Positions 35,436 through 53,041 of a DNA stretch of 64,000 nucleotides are shown here, one piece after another. Numbering within the stretch: position 1 is the stretch's first letter; each line of letters starts with the position of its first letter. Below the pieces are notes generated by a model. That model made no database searches. It saw only the letters and a program-made list of their open reading frames with translations, and was not told the DNA's origin. The position numbers were made by a program, and so were the translations under genes. The stretch is from Neocallimastix sp. 'constans' (Eukaryota), in contig JBODTK010000153.1 of the NCBI GenBank assembly GCA_050613775.1, positions 248,001 through 312,000 on the forward strand, written 5' to 3'.

Positions 35436-38400
35436 ATGAATTGTCATAACATTCCAAATATAAATAATATTCAAGATATGCAAACAATTTCTAATGTACG
35501 ACATCAATCTTACACAGCATCAATGGCTAATGCAAATTCAATGAACATATCAACAAAAAATATACTTCTTAGTAATAATATACTTAATTCACCAGTTGTG
35601 GAATTTATTAACAAAGAAAAGGCTAATCAAACTTCATATATTAATGATTCGATGGAAAAAAAAAAGGTAATTACCCAAATGCTTATAATTTTTTATTATC
35701 TTTTTTTTTTCGTTTAAATTTCATTACTATAAATTATGAATAAATAGAAACTATATATTATAAATTATAGATAGAAAAAAAAAACTATTAATTAAAAATT
35801 TAAAATTATAAAATAAAAATATCTAATAAAAAAAATAAAAAATAAAAATATAAAAAAATAAAAATATAAAATAAAAGATTAATAAATTAAGAATAAAAAA
35901 AATTAATAAAAGATTAAAATTTAAAAAAATTAAAATTTAAAAAAATATATATATATGTATATAATTAAAAGTTAAAAGTAAAAAGTAAAAAATAAGTAAT
36001 TAAAAAATTAAAATAAAAAATTAAAAAATAAAAAATAAAAAACAATTAAAAATTAATGAATAAAAAAAGAAATAATAAATTAAAAAATAATAAATTATAA
36101 ATAATAAATAATAAATAATAAATAAATTATTAATAAATAAATAATAAATAATAATATTTGATAAAAAATTATACTTAAATAAAAATATTAAATAAATTTA
36201 ATAAATATTAATAATAGTATTATATACAAATTAATAAAAAGCAAAAATTAAATATATTTAAAATATATACATATGAAATTTTTATATAATTGCTTATATT
36301 TTATTATATTTAACTTTATTATTATTTACAAATAAAAAAATTAAATATAAATATATTGATATATAATATAATAATCAATGTAATTAAAATATCAAAAAAT
36401 TAATATATTAAACTTATTTTAGTTATTCAATAGTTAGTAAAAAATAATGGATTAATTAATTATTTATTAAAATTTTTTATTATTTTTTTAGTCATTTTTT
36501 ATATCTTCCCCATCAGTAACATCAGATTCTATATTCCAAAAAATCACAATAAATAAAGATGGATATAATCTTCTTTCATCTCCAACAGTAATATCAGAAA
36601 TTCAAAGAAAATCACCTTATTCTTTTTCATCAAAAAAAGTAAAACATGATACAATTACAAATCCTGAACTTGAAAAAGCACGAATTATTCCTAATTCATC
36701 GTCACTTAAGACACATTTAAATAATAACGTAACTTCACCAATATTTTTAACTAATCAAAATAATATTTCATCATTATCTCATAATTATGATTTACCAATA
36801 ACTACAAAATCTCCTTCTCCTAAAGTAAAATATATTAATAATTTGAACTCTATTATAAATCAACCCGCTTCTGATAATCAAAATAATAATAAAAATATTT
36901 ACAATAAAACCTCAAATACCTATAATCTTTCTTCAAAAAAAACTGAACTTTTAATTTTATCTAAGTCAAATAGAGAAAAACAAAATTCACTAACATCCCC
37001 CTATTCAGTTTCTCTAAGAAGTGAAAATAATAGTAATATTAATACTTTAAACTACAATAATAATATGCTTAATCACCCAATTGAAACCATGATATCAGGA
37101 CGACCTATAAACATATTAACATCATCACCTTCGATAAAACCTATATCACAGTCAGTGCTTCCGGTTACGCCATCTGAATTAATGAATTTAGAAAATAAAA
37201 AAAATTCAACAAATACTATAAAAGAAATAAAAGAAAAAGCAACACATCAAGTAAATATTAAATCCCCATCAAATGTTAATTTTATTAACATCAATAATGT
37301 CAATGAATCTGCCAATGAAAATATAATAAATAATAAAATGCTAAACACAGATGTTGATGTCAATAATCATCCTAAAAATCATCTTAGTCATAACATTTCT
37401 GACAATTATATTTCCTATATTGTTAATAATGTTAAAGATGATAATAATAATATTAATAATAATGATAGTGACAATGATAATAATGATAATGTTGATAATG
37501 ATACCGATAACAATAATATTCTATCTGATAGTGAAACTGAGGAAGTTATTAAAGCAATTACTCCAATTTTTATAAAATATTTAATGAAAAAAAAGCAAAG
37601 AAATAAGAAAAATAATTCCAGTAATAATTATAACCAATTGAAACGAAGTAAAAATAATAAAATTGGAAATGATACTAATAAAAGTTCATTATTGACTCCT
37701 TTAATTATTAATGGCAATTCCTTAGATATTAATATTAACGACCAACAAGCACTTTCAGTATTAAAGAAAGCATTATTTCTAAGTTCTCATTCTAAAGATG
37801 CCGAATTAATTAATGAAAAAAGCAAACTCAATATGAAAATTCCTTCAAACATTAGTGACTCTACAAAATTTGTCAATAGACCTATATCAGAATCAATTAC
37901 TAATAATAAATATAACTTTCAACATAAAAATGATGCAAATAAAGTTAAAAAAAATCAAAATAAAGAGCTTTTAGAAACAATGATAGAAACTAACATAAAA
38001 AGAAATCATAATACTCATAATAATTCTATTCATACTAATTTAAATTTAAATACTGATTCTGACAATTTAAACAGTAAAATAAAAAATGCCAATACAAATA
38101 TTAACTCAAATGTTAATATAAATGATGATATCATTTCCTTTTCAGATACTAATATATTTAATTTATGCAAGACAAGCTTAGCCAATATGCATAATTTACG
38201 AAGAGATAGAAAAGATTCAGCTTTAAATAATTCAACTATTATTCCTACTTCATCTATGAATCATGAACATGAAACTTTTCAAAAACTTTATCATAACATT
38301 GACAATAATAATAACATATATCTTTCTAATTATTATAAGGAAAGCGCATTTCCAATTAATACAAATTATTCAAATTTATCAAAAGTATGTACATCTGATC

Positions 38401-40580
38401 CTACAAATATTATCCAGAATAAAAATTTAGAAGCTGATATAAGCATCGTTAATACTGATCCAATTTCACCAAATAATACTTTACCAAATTCTAGTCATCA
38501 TTCCCTTTCTTCATCTTCCAATGCAACTAATGGAATATCTACCATAGTACCAAGTCCTATTACAAAAAAAAGGAAATATAAATCAATAAAAAAATCAGAG
38601 AATAAAATAGCATCTAAACCAAGAAAGAAAAATAATAGAAGAAAAACTAATGAAAATGTAAATGTAAAAAATAAAGATGCTGTTTATCAAGAAATTCATT
38701 TACCTCCAAATACTAATTCTTTGAATATTTCTTCAGATATTTTCATACTCAATAATAATGGTAACAATACCCCAAAAACCAATTTCGCTTCTCCTTCCCC
38801 ATCAGGATTAACAATTGATATAAACCAAAATTCAACTAAATATGATACTAAAAAGAGTTCAAACGTCCAATTTAAAAGTTTACCCCCTCCTTCAATTTCT
38901 TCTAATACTAATATTACATATGGTAGTTTAGCTCATTCAAAATTACCGAATTCCATGAACGACACATTTAATTCTAATATCTCTTCAATTTTACCAAAAT
39001 CAGTTTCTTCTTTGATATCATCAATATCAAAAACTTCAGCACCTATATCTTCAAATTTTCCTATACTCTCCACCAAAAATCCATATCCAAGTCCAAATCC
39101 AAATTCAAATTCAAATTCAAATTCAAATGCAAATTCAAACTCAAACTCAAACTCAAACTCAAACTCAAACTCAAACTCAAACTCAAACTCAAATTCAAAT
39201 TCAAATTCAAACTCAAATTCAAATTCAAATTCAAATTCAAATTCAAATTCAGATTTTAATATTAATCTTTATCCTAATCTTAATTCTGATCTTAATTCAA
39301 ATCAAAATAAAAATAAAAATAAAAACAATAAATCAAGTACTACTCTAAATTCAAATTTAAAAATAAATTCCAGTCTTAATAGTCATATTCCATTTCAATC
39401 ATCGACTTCAAACTCTCAAGTAATTAAGCAACCAGCATTTATGAATCCTGAAAATAAACCACCTAGAAATATTAATATCGATACTTCATTAATCTCATTA
39501 GTAATACCTTCATCTTCTATTTCTTCTAACTTGTTCACTGCACCTTTATCAACAAATCAAACCCTCAATAAAAAAAAACCCATAAAATCTAAAAAATTAA
39601 AAAAACCTCATCTTTCTTCAACCATTCCTCGTATTACCCCTCTATTACCTAATCAAATAAATTCTATAGAAAATGCTATAAAATTAGCATCAAAAAGTAA
39701 CTATCAAAATGTTTTATGTGGTGAGACAACTTCTATTGGCTTAAATCCTGATTTAATTTCAGGTATTGAAGTTCGTAAAACAAATCATAAAAATGCAGAG
39801 CAGAAAAGAAGAGATTCATTAAAACAAGGATTTGAAAATTTAAAAAATGTAATACCTTTTTTCTCATTTGATAAAAATCCTAGTAAGATTATGATTATTA
39901 CTCGTTCTTATGAATATATTTGTGAACTTCTTGAAACCAAAAAAAAACTAGATAAAGAAATTCAATGTATGCACCGTAAAGAAATGAACTATCTTAAAAA
40001 ACTCAAATCCAAAGGATTTGATGTTGATTCTTTTTCAAAAGATATTGAAGAAGAATTAAAAAGGATAGAGAAGAATGAAAAAGAAGATAAAGAAAAAGAC
40101 AATAATAATGAAGAAATAACAAAGAAGCAGAAAAACGATGAAAAAGATAAAGAAAATGAATATAATGATGAAATAAAAAAGGAAGAGAAGAATGAAGAAA
40201 AAGAAAAGAAAAGTTATCAAAAAATATTAATAAACGAGAAAGACTCTTCTCATCAAGCTACATCAATAACATCACAGACAACTACCAAAGATAATGATGA
40301 AACAAGGAAAAATGAAAATAATTCACAATTCAATACCAACATCGATCAAAATCTCAATACAAATTTCAATAATAGTAATGAAGGAAGTGTTATTATTAAT
40401 AATAGTGATAATAATAATAATATTGAATCCTTAAATAATCTAAATACAATTGGTTCAAATGAAAATAATACCTATCCTTTGAAAAATGGCAAAAGATCTT
40501 CTTCCACAAAAGAAAATGAAGATGAAGAAAATTCTAATTACATAAATGAAAACCATTCATCTAAAAAGATTAAGCTATAG
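35436..40580 (+). CDS. Pho4/NUC-1-like bHLH transcription factor; exons 35436-35666 and 36492-40580
   Basis: Intron GTAATT (35667) to TTTAG (36491) joins the exons in frame. bHLH RKTNHKNAEQKRRDSLKQGFENLKNVIP...SKIMII..SYEYI is preceded by LASKSNYQ, a motif I recall from the filamentous-fungal NUC-1/Pho4 group. Many SP sites, a basic NLS-like patch and an (NS)n tract. Confidence 0.85.
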
Positions 40581-41151
40581 CAACAAAAGAAAAAAAAAAA
40601 AGTAGAACATATACCTTAATATCATTATTTAAAAATAAAAAATATGGATATTTAAATTAATTTATTATTTTTTATTTTTATTAATTTATTAATTAAATTA
40701 TAAAATTCATTTTAATTTTTCAAACATATAAAATTCTAAGAATTAATGTAAAATTATTAAATTTTGATAAATAAAAAATAATTGTTCTGTTATTTTTTTT
40801 TTTTTTTTTTTTTTTTTAGTGTGTATAAGTATATTTAAAAATCGTCATTTTTTTAATAAAAAAAACAGTTTAATACATTAATTTATTTTAGATATTTCAT
40901 GTAACCACATTTTTTACACATCACCGAAATTTTTTTAACTTTTGAACTTATATTTATTATTCATTATATTAAATTTTCTATGATTATTTAAAATTTGTTA
41001 TTTTTAATTTTTATTATTTTTTTTTTTTACTTTATCTTTTACGTTCATTTTATTTTTACTTTTAATTTATATAATGTATTTTTTTAAAATATAATGCATA
41101 AAAATATAATTATCGATTTAATAAAGCACTAGAGGTGTATTCTCTTCCTAG

Positions 41152-41195
<44 letters not shown>

Positions 41196-42226
41196 AGATA
41201 TTTTATAGAAAAAATATATAAATATCATTGATTATTATTTATTATTTGATATTTTCAAATATTATAAACATTAATCACTAAAAAATATATAGAATAGAGT
41301 TATTGAAGTTCTTCATTATAAATAAAAATAAAACAATAAATTTTGTTTCTTTATTATTATCTTTTTCTGTAGTTGATAAATAAATAAAAAAAATTAAAAA
41401 AAAAAAAAATTATAATAATCTCACTAATTAAAATAATGTTCTAATGAAAATAAAAATTGATTAATTTTATGTTTACTAATTTTTAAAAATATTATTCTAA
41501 TCAATTTTCACAACTGATTAACATTTATGTAAGATTTTACATAAAATTTGAAACCACATTTAATTTTCATTCAATTCAGAAAAATCCAAGAGAATATTGT
41601 AAATATTTTAGAGATAGATATTGAAAAAATTTTTCCAAATTGAATTTAAATTTCTTGTATCTAATTGATCTGATTGAGGGATTACCTCTATAATTTTTAA
41701 GTATTTATTTGTATTTGATTAACTATTGGATATTAATTATTGATTCTAGTATTTTAAATAGAAAAAGAAATAGAGTATTTGTATATCAAATAAAATAAAT
41801 AATAATAACAAATTTTTTTTTTTTTGACTAGAAATAAATTTTATTTAATAATTTATTGAAAAAATACATTAAAAAACTACATTATGAATTTCCAGAACGA
41901 AATGGGCTCTAACTCATTGATAACTTCATTTGTTTAAAAATTATCATTCGAATTTGTATCAAAATTATATATATATATATATAATTAATAATAACAACTA
42001 AAATTTGTAACATTTATATTAATTTAAATTCTTTTTTTTTTTTTTTACTTCTAATAAAAAATATATACATAATTAATAAGAACAACTAAAATTTTGAAAC
42101 ATTTATATTAATTTAAATTTTTTTTTTTTTTTACTTTTTAATAAAAAAAAAAAAAATTAGAAAATGGCATAAATATTTATATAAATAGAAAGTAAAATAT
42201 TTTACATATAAAATATATAAAAGTTC

Positions 42227-42266
<40 letters not shown>

Positions 42267-42708
42267 TTTTATGAAATTAATATTTATTATGAAATATTTT
42301 AAATCTCTGAAATTAATATTATTATATGCTATCATTAATATAATATTTACTGTTAAAAATAAAAAATAAAAATTATTAAATTTAAAGTTTTATTTATTTT
42401 TTTTTTTATTTTTTATTTTTATTAAAGTGATAATCAATTAATATAATTATAATTATAAAAAATTAATAAATATAATAAATATATATATATATATATTCTT
42501 TGTACATCAAATATTGAGAATGATCATTACTCATTTTACCTATTATCTTCATTAATAGATAAAGTTGATAATACTACATTTATTAAGGTAATAAATTTAA
42601 TTTTATATAGTATAATTATATTAATATTTAATTGACATTTATATTTCCTATGCATTTTTTATATTTATTTATTAATTTTTTTATTTAATTATATAATTAG
42701 TTATTTAG

Positions 42709-42910
42709 TGTTAAAAGTCAGGAATATATAGTTTATAATTAATTCAATTTTATTGATATATTTTATGATAGAGTTAATGGCATTTAATTATTCTAAATTA
42801 AATGTTTTTATATTAATGTATTAATACATGGTGGCTTATGCGTTATTTATATTATAATATGTTTCAATACATTTGAAGCTTATTTTTCATATATTTCACA
42901 TATTCTAACA
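42709..42910 (-). repeat. Probable 3' LTR of a decayed minus-strand Copia-like element
   Basis: TGTTA...TAACA termini with an adjacent minus-strand polypurine tract AAGGAGGAA (42911-42919). Eroded coding-like sequence lies to the right (~43200-44070). Confidence 0.5.
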
Positions 42911-44162
42911 TTCCTCCTTAAACTTAGTTATTCTATAATGAATAAATTAGTTTACTTGTGAATATATGTATATAAAATTATCCTATTTTATAATATTAAC
43001 TTGATATAATTAAGATATTTTTTATTTCTATTCTAAATTAACCTTTATTTTATGTTAATAAAATAATTTTACATTATATTAAATTCTTTAATTTGATTTA
43101 AATATAACTAAAATAATTTCTTATATATATTTGTAATCTAATAATTTCCCCCTAAAGCTAATAATTAATATTATTACAGCATTTATATTGGATGTATCTA
43201 AAACATCTCTTATAGTGTATGGTTAATATATCATTCATATGATGGAAGCCTTTCTCTTGAAGGGTAATATTATACTATCCCAATTTGTATGAATATCTCT
43301 TATATTTTGAGTTTTACATCACTTTCAATTATAATCCGTTTGGAAAATAAGCTTTTATATATTGTTGTTTTGCAGTTTTAGCGATAACTATTAAAATAAA
43401 TTGTTAATTATATATCGGTTAAGTAGCTTTCCTTTACTATTTTAAGTTCTATATTTTATTTTAACTATTTCCCCAAAAAATCCGAAAATTCTGAAAGGAT
43501 TTTATATATTTGGTCTCATTATTAAAATATTAATAATAAAAGTTTAATGACTATAACTTTAAATATATTTTGTAATCAATATATATAGTATGGTTTGTAA
43601 ATGGAATAAATGTCATCTATTTGTATATAACTTATGGTTATATTTATTATTTTATTATACCCTTCATCACGAAGATTTGTATTATGATTATATTAAATTA
43701 GTTATTTTTTAAAACCATTTCGTGCTAATAATTACCATTCTATCATATTTTTCTTGCATATTTGGGATATTATATATTAAATTATATTGTATGGGATTCT
43801 GACATATTGTCTCCTCCCTTATTATTTATATAAATATATATACGCTTTTGATATATATATATAAATACTTGTTTCTTCAATTTTGCATCTTGATCATTTT
43901 AATCAATTTTATTAGTTTTTCTTAAATTGACATAATGAGCAGCTATTATCATAATTTAAATTTTAATTTAATTTTCTTTGACACAATATATTGTCTCCTA
44001 CAAACGATTATTTTGATAATAATCTTTTTAAGTGTCAGACGAAACTCTTAATCTGTAAAAAGTCAAGAATTTATGATTTATAATTATGACAATTTTATTA
44101 ATATATTTTATGATATATAGGTATATTCAAAATTAAATGATTTTATATTAATACATTGTGGC

Positions 44163-44174
44163 TTATCCTAACAT

Positions 44175-44253
<79 letters not shown>

Positions 44254-44870
44254 CTTTATTTTATTTTATTTTATTTTATTCAATCTGTACTCTATATTCA
44301 TATTCTACTATTTATTTTATTTTATTTTATTGTATTCAATCTGTACTCTATATTCATATTCTACTATTTATTTTATTTTATTTTATTTTATTTTATTGTA
44401 TTCAATCTGTACTCTATATTCATATTCTACTATTTATTTTATTTTATTTTATTTTATTTTATTCAATCTGTACTCTATATTCATATTCTACTATTTATTT
44501 TATTTTATTTTATTTTATTTTATTCAATCTGTACTCTATATTCATATTCTACTATTTATTTTATTTTATTTTATTTTATTTTATTCAATCTGTACTCTAT
44601 ATTCATATTCTACTATTTATTTTATTTTATTTTATTTTATTTTATTTTATTTTATTTTATTTTATTCAATCTGTACTCTATATTCATATTCTACTATTTA
44701 TTTTATTTTATTTTATTTTATTTTATTTTATTTTATTTTATTTTATTTTATTTTATTTTATTTTATTTTATTCAATCTGTACTCTATATTCATATTCTAC
44801 TATTTATTTTATTTTATTTTATTTTATTTTATTTTATTCAATCTGTACTCCATATTCATATTTCTAGTGT
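44163..44870 (-). repeat. Satellite of 9 copies of a ~30-bp core with variable (TTTTA)n spacers, plus (TTTA)n
   Basis: Core CAATCTGTACTCTATATTCATATTCTACTA. The rightmost variant copy abuts a minus-strand stop codon. Confidence 0.92.
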
Positions 44871-45085
44871 GTACCACCCTTGGGATTATTGAGGTAGTCA
44901 TAATACTTCCCAAATGCTTTTTTATAAGCAGATAATGTCCCTTTCTGGACAATCTTTTTGAGTGTTCAGCGTTGGCGCTCTGACATGCATATTAATGCTG
45001 AGAATTTTTCTTGTACGCTTTTTCTAAGAGTGATTCTCCAGTTCCTAACTTCTCTTTGAAGGGAGAGGAATCTTGTGCGCTTGTC
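44864..45085 (-). pseudogene. C-terminal ORF fragment, probably the 3' end of a retroelement
   Basis: DKRTRFLSLQREVRNWRITLRKSVQEKFSALICMSERQR*TLKKIVQKGTLSAYKKAFGKYYDYLNNPKGGTH*. GC-richer than the flanks and directly followed by the repeated tail. Confidence 0.5.
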
Positions 45086-45376
45086 AATTGTGCATTTCTC
45101 ATATGTGGCCTGTTTTTTAATAATTAAATAAATAATAATTAAATAAATAATAAATTATAATAAGTATTTAAATATTCTTTTTTATATATATAATTTATTA
45201 ATATTCAATTGTAAAAGTAATTTTTTATAAACAAAAAATAATTTTTTATAATTCTTTTTTAATAGAATATATTATTATTTCTTTTAAAATAATAATTATT
45301 TATTTATATAGAATATCTTAAAAATGTATGGCTTAATTTTAAAAATTTTATAAGCCACATTGCGAAATGCACAATA
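45086..45376. mobile_element. MITE-like element with MULE-family TIRs
   Basis: ATTGTGCATTTCTCATATGTGGC ... GCCACATTGCGAAATGCACAAT; no TSD seen. Confidence 0.6.
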
Positions 45377-45416
45377 GGGAGGGAATATAACCTAACCCAT
45401 TAGTGACGTACTAGTT

Positions 45417-47564
45417 AGGGGGAGAGTTGCATTTCCCCAGATTGCATTTCGCCAAGTGGCGTATTATTAAAATGTTGCATTTCCCCAAGTTGCATTTCGA
45501 CAAGTGGCTTATTGATATAAATAAATGAATGAATAAATAAATAAAAATTCAAAATAATTTTTTTAAACTTGTTTTTATTATATTTTATAGATATTTTTTA
45601 AAATAAAATAATTATTAATAATATTTAATTATAAAAATAAATTTAATTATAAAGATATATTTTAATATTTTGAAAAAAAATAATATTATAACAATATTTT
45701 AATTATAAAAATATATTTTTAAAATAATAATATTTTATCATAAAAATATATTTTAATGTTCTTAAGCTAACCTAATATAATAAAGATTAAAAATACTTTA
45801 ATAATTATTGTATTTATTCATTTATTCTCTTTTTAAAATAATTTTTACTATTAAAAAAATTATTATTATATATTTTAATATTTTGTAAAATAGTAATAAA
45901 ATAATAATTTATAATATTTAATTATAAAAATATATTTAATTATAAAGATATATTTTAATATTTTGTAAAATAGTAATAAAATAATTATTTAAAATATTTA
46001 ATTATAAAAATATATTTAATTATAAAGATATATTTAATTATAAAGATATATTTTAATATTTTGTAAAAAAATAATATTATAACAATATTTTAATTATAAA
46101 AATATATTTTTAAAATAATAATATTTTATCATAAAAATATATTTTAATGTTCTTAAGCTAACCTAATCTAATAAAGATTAAAAATACTTTAATAATTATT
46201 GTATTTATTCATTTATTCTCTTTTTAAAATAATTTTTACTATTAAAAAATTATTATTATATATGACAGAATTCATTTGGTCAATTTTCTGTCATTTCTTA
46301 ATAATTTATTATTTAACCAATAATTTTTATATTTAAATCATTTAAGCATTTCAACCATAATTCAATAAAATCATTTCTAGCGCTTTCCTTTTTTTTTAAT
46401 AGAATTTCCATATTTTTGTAATATTTAACTAAAGCTTTAATTTCCTCAGTTCTTATTATTTTTTTTTTGTTTTTGTTTTTGTTTTTTATTTCTTAAAATT
46501 CCAGCAGTTCTCCTTTCGTAATCAATGTAATATTTTGATTCTTCTTTTTGCAATTCTGATAGTAATTGAAAAAAAGTTGGTTTTTTTGCAAATAATTTTT
46601 GTATTTATTAAAAGTTTCTGAAACATTATTTGTAATATGCTCAATATTATCATAATAGTTCCAATTTTCAGTTTCAAAGTTAATTAAATAAGTTTTTTCA
46701 AAATATTATAAAAATTCTAAAAATTGAACAAAATTATGTTCTTGATACTCACTTTTTATTTTACTATAAATATCATATATATATTCAGGATTAATGAAAG
46801 GAAAGTTCGAAATATTATTATAATAAATATATAAATCTTTTATTTTTTCAACTTTATTACCACATAATTCTTTTTTTTTTTAATTTCTAATGCTCTTTTA
46901 AAATGCCATATACAGTATTTAATATTTGCATTAATAAAAACTTTTTGTGCAGTATTAGATACAGCTTTTTCAAAATCGCAATGAAATATTTTTGGTGTAA
47001 TTTCAATACTATTATATTTACTAGAATTTTTTTTTATTTCTTCAAATAATATTTCATAAGTTGTTTGCTTTTTATTTTTTAATATAGAAAAGAAAGTAGT
47101 GCAAAAACAATTTTATTCTGTAACATAGGTTCTAGTTATGAATACTTGATAACTAAATATAGGTGTAATATAAAATGTGCCATCCGCAAAAATATGTTTA
47201 TTTTTAGAAAATAATTCTGCTTGGAATGGAGATTGAAAAACAATTAAATCATTATTTTTGAATATCATAAAATTTTCATCCCTTTTTGTTTTATAATATT
47301 TTGATTCATTGGGAATTTCATCAAATGTGGTTATATCAGGAGGTAGCTATTTTCTTCTACTTCTTGTTACTTGGGATTTAATTGAATTATATCCTGGACA
47401 TATAAGACCCATACCTTGAGAAATTTCATCATATTTATTATTTACTAATTTATTATTTATTTAAACAGATATTTGTAAAGATATTTATATATGAAAAAAA
47501 TTTTTTTAATATTTAAATATATACTTCAAAAATATAAATACATCAATATTAATAATATTTAATT

Positions 47565-47628
<64 letters not shown>

Positions 47629-47705
47629 TTTTATTTATTTATTTATTTATTTATTTAATAATTCTCAATTTGGCGAATTGCAATTTGGCGAAATGCCCCA
47701 CTCCC
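45417..47705 (-). mobile_element. Internally deleted MULE with transposase remnant (~46300-47430)
   Basis: 9-bp TSD GTACTAGTT at 45408-45416 and 47706-47714. TIRs GGGGGAGAGTTGCATTTC / GAAATGCCCCACTCCC. Minus strand gives FADGTFY, FHCDFEKA, YCIWHF and TNNVSETFN. An internal ~200-bp direct repeat lies at ~45660 and ~46050. Confidence 0.92.
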
Positions 47706-47841
47706 GTACTAGTTCCCTCGGCGAACATCAGAAAGATTGCAATTTAGGAGAATTTATCTACATCACTTAAGTAGAATATATATCTACATGGACACATGAT
47801 ATGTACCCAAAATGCCAGTCCCTTATAAAAATATATTATAT

Positions 47842-48132
47842 GAAAGTGTTGCATTTCGGAACATGGATTATAAATCAAATTAAAATTTAATTCATTATAT
47901 TCATTATTTAAACATCCCACATTTAAAGTATTAAAAATTAAATATTATTTTTTTATTATTTTAACAAAAAAATTAAAATATATCTTTAAAAATAAATATT
48001 ATTAAACATTATTTCGTTATTTTATTATTTATTAAAAATTTAAATATTATTATTATTTATCAACAATAATTAAACCCACATTAAAGTACGCCGCATTTCA
48101 TATAAAACCACATTCCGAAATGCTCCACATCC
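47842..48132. mobile_element. Non-autonomous MULE-type MITE (291 bp)
   Basis: TIRs GAAAGTGTTGCATTTCGGAA / TTCCGAAATGCTCCACATCC; 9-bp TSD ATATTATAT at 47833-47841 and 48133-48141. Confidence 0.88.
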
Positions 48133-49233
48133 ATATTATATGACAGTATTTGCGTAACCCTCTCACTGTATCCTTTCTATATTACTTAGGTGATTTAGAA
48201 TAATAATATGTATACAAAAGGGAAATACTTATTAATAATATTAATTTTACCAAAATAATAATAAAGAATAATAATAAATAAAACTTTAAAAAATAAACTT
48301 GATTCGATCCCACCCTTTGACCATTTTCCAGTTTCTCCTCACAAGAGGTTTTTACTGAATATGGTGGTTAAGGCTATAAGTATTATTATGACTGACGTTT
48401 AATAATAATAATGCTGTATTCTTTTTAAAAGACATTTGAACATACCAAATATCTTAAAATTCTGTCAAAAGTTATTCCAGAAATAATTATATAAATTATT
48501 AATTTATATTCCATCTATGAAAAAAAATAAATAAAAAATTTAGTCTGTTCCTTTATTAAAATTAAAGAAGAATAAGAAGAATAATCTAAAAAAAAAAAAA
48601 AAGGAACACTATTAAAACTGTAATGAAAGAAATAATGAAATTATAAAAATCGATGATATTATGTCTAAATTATAATGAATATTATTCATTGATGATTAAT
48701 AACAATTTAATTTTTTAAAATTATTTATTTAAATAGTAATTAAAAAGAAAAAAAATATATATATTATTAATCTATTAATGATTTTTTTTTTTTCTATAAA
48801 TTTAAATATTAATAAAATAAATCATTTTATATTATATAATATCCGATACAATATAAATTTATATAAATAAAAAAATTTTACTATATAATATATATATGAT
48901 ATATATATATAAATAAAAATTGAAAAAAAAAAAAAAAAAAAAAAAATACAACAAAATTAAAATAAAATTAAAATAAAAAAGATATATATATTAGAATTTC
49001 CTATATTATATATAAAATTGGTTTATACATATTCCTTATAGAGAGATATAACTCTATTATAACTCTGTAAAAAATATAACTTTTTTTTTTCATTAATAAA
49101 AAAAAAAATTATAATATAATATAATAAACTAATAATAACATTTCTCATTATTTGATTATTATAAAATTTTAATTATGTTTATTTGACTAAAATTATTTTT
49201 TAATATTAAAATTCATGTTTTTTTTTTTTTCTA

Positions 49234-52317
<3,084 letters not shown>

Positions 52318-52609
52318 TTCTAAAATGATATTAATATTTATATAATTAATTTTATATATATAATTATTATATTTTTAAAATTTATTTATTTATATATACT
52401 TCAATTTTTTTTTCATATTAAAGAGTTTTTTGTTTTCATAACTTTTTTTATCTAAATATCTGTAAATCAATTAATATTTAAACATATCTAAATAAAAATT
52501 AATATAATGAGTTTAATTGAATCAAATTATTTTATAATTTATGATTATTTGATATATATAAACTAACCTTATTAAAATAATAAATACCTATCCTCTTACT
52601 ATTATATTA

Positions 52610-52660
<51 letters not shown>

Positions 52661-53004
52661 TAATTAATTTATCTTAAATTCTTTTATATTAAAATAATAA
52701 TTTTATAAATTTACCAATTAAAACCTATAATCTTACTTCAATATAATAAAGAGAAAGTTAAAAAAAATAAAATAAAATAAAAAAAAAAAATAAAAAATAA
52801 TAAATAAAAAATAAAAAAAAATTATAAAATGAAAAAATATAAAAATAAAATTTAAATAAAATAATATTTAATATAAAAAAATATAAAAAAAAAATATAAT
52901 AATAATAATTAATTTAAATATCTGGAATATGGGAATAGAAATAAAGTTTAATTTTTAAAAAATATAAAAGAAAAGAAAAAATAAATAATGAATTTATTTA
53001 AAAG

Positions 53005-53041
<37 letters not shown>

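Noticed and set aside
41128..41152. Possible Helitron 3' end (AGAG...CTCT hairpin then CTAG|T)
   Set aside because: The hairpin is weak and too close to CTAG, and no Rep/helicase or 5' end is evident.
44156..44935. Hydrophobic 244-259 aa ORFs (and 27322..27636)
   Set aside because: Artefacts of T-rich satellite sequence lacking stop codons.
48300..48375. tRNA-like boxes GATTCGATCCC and TGGTGGTTAAGGC
   Set aside because: They are in the wrong order for a tRNA gene and no cloverleaf could be drawn.
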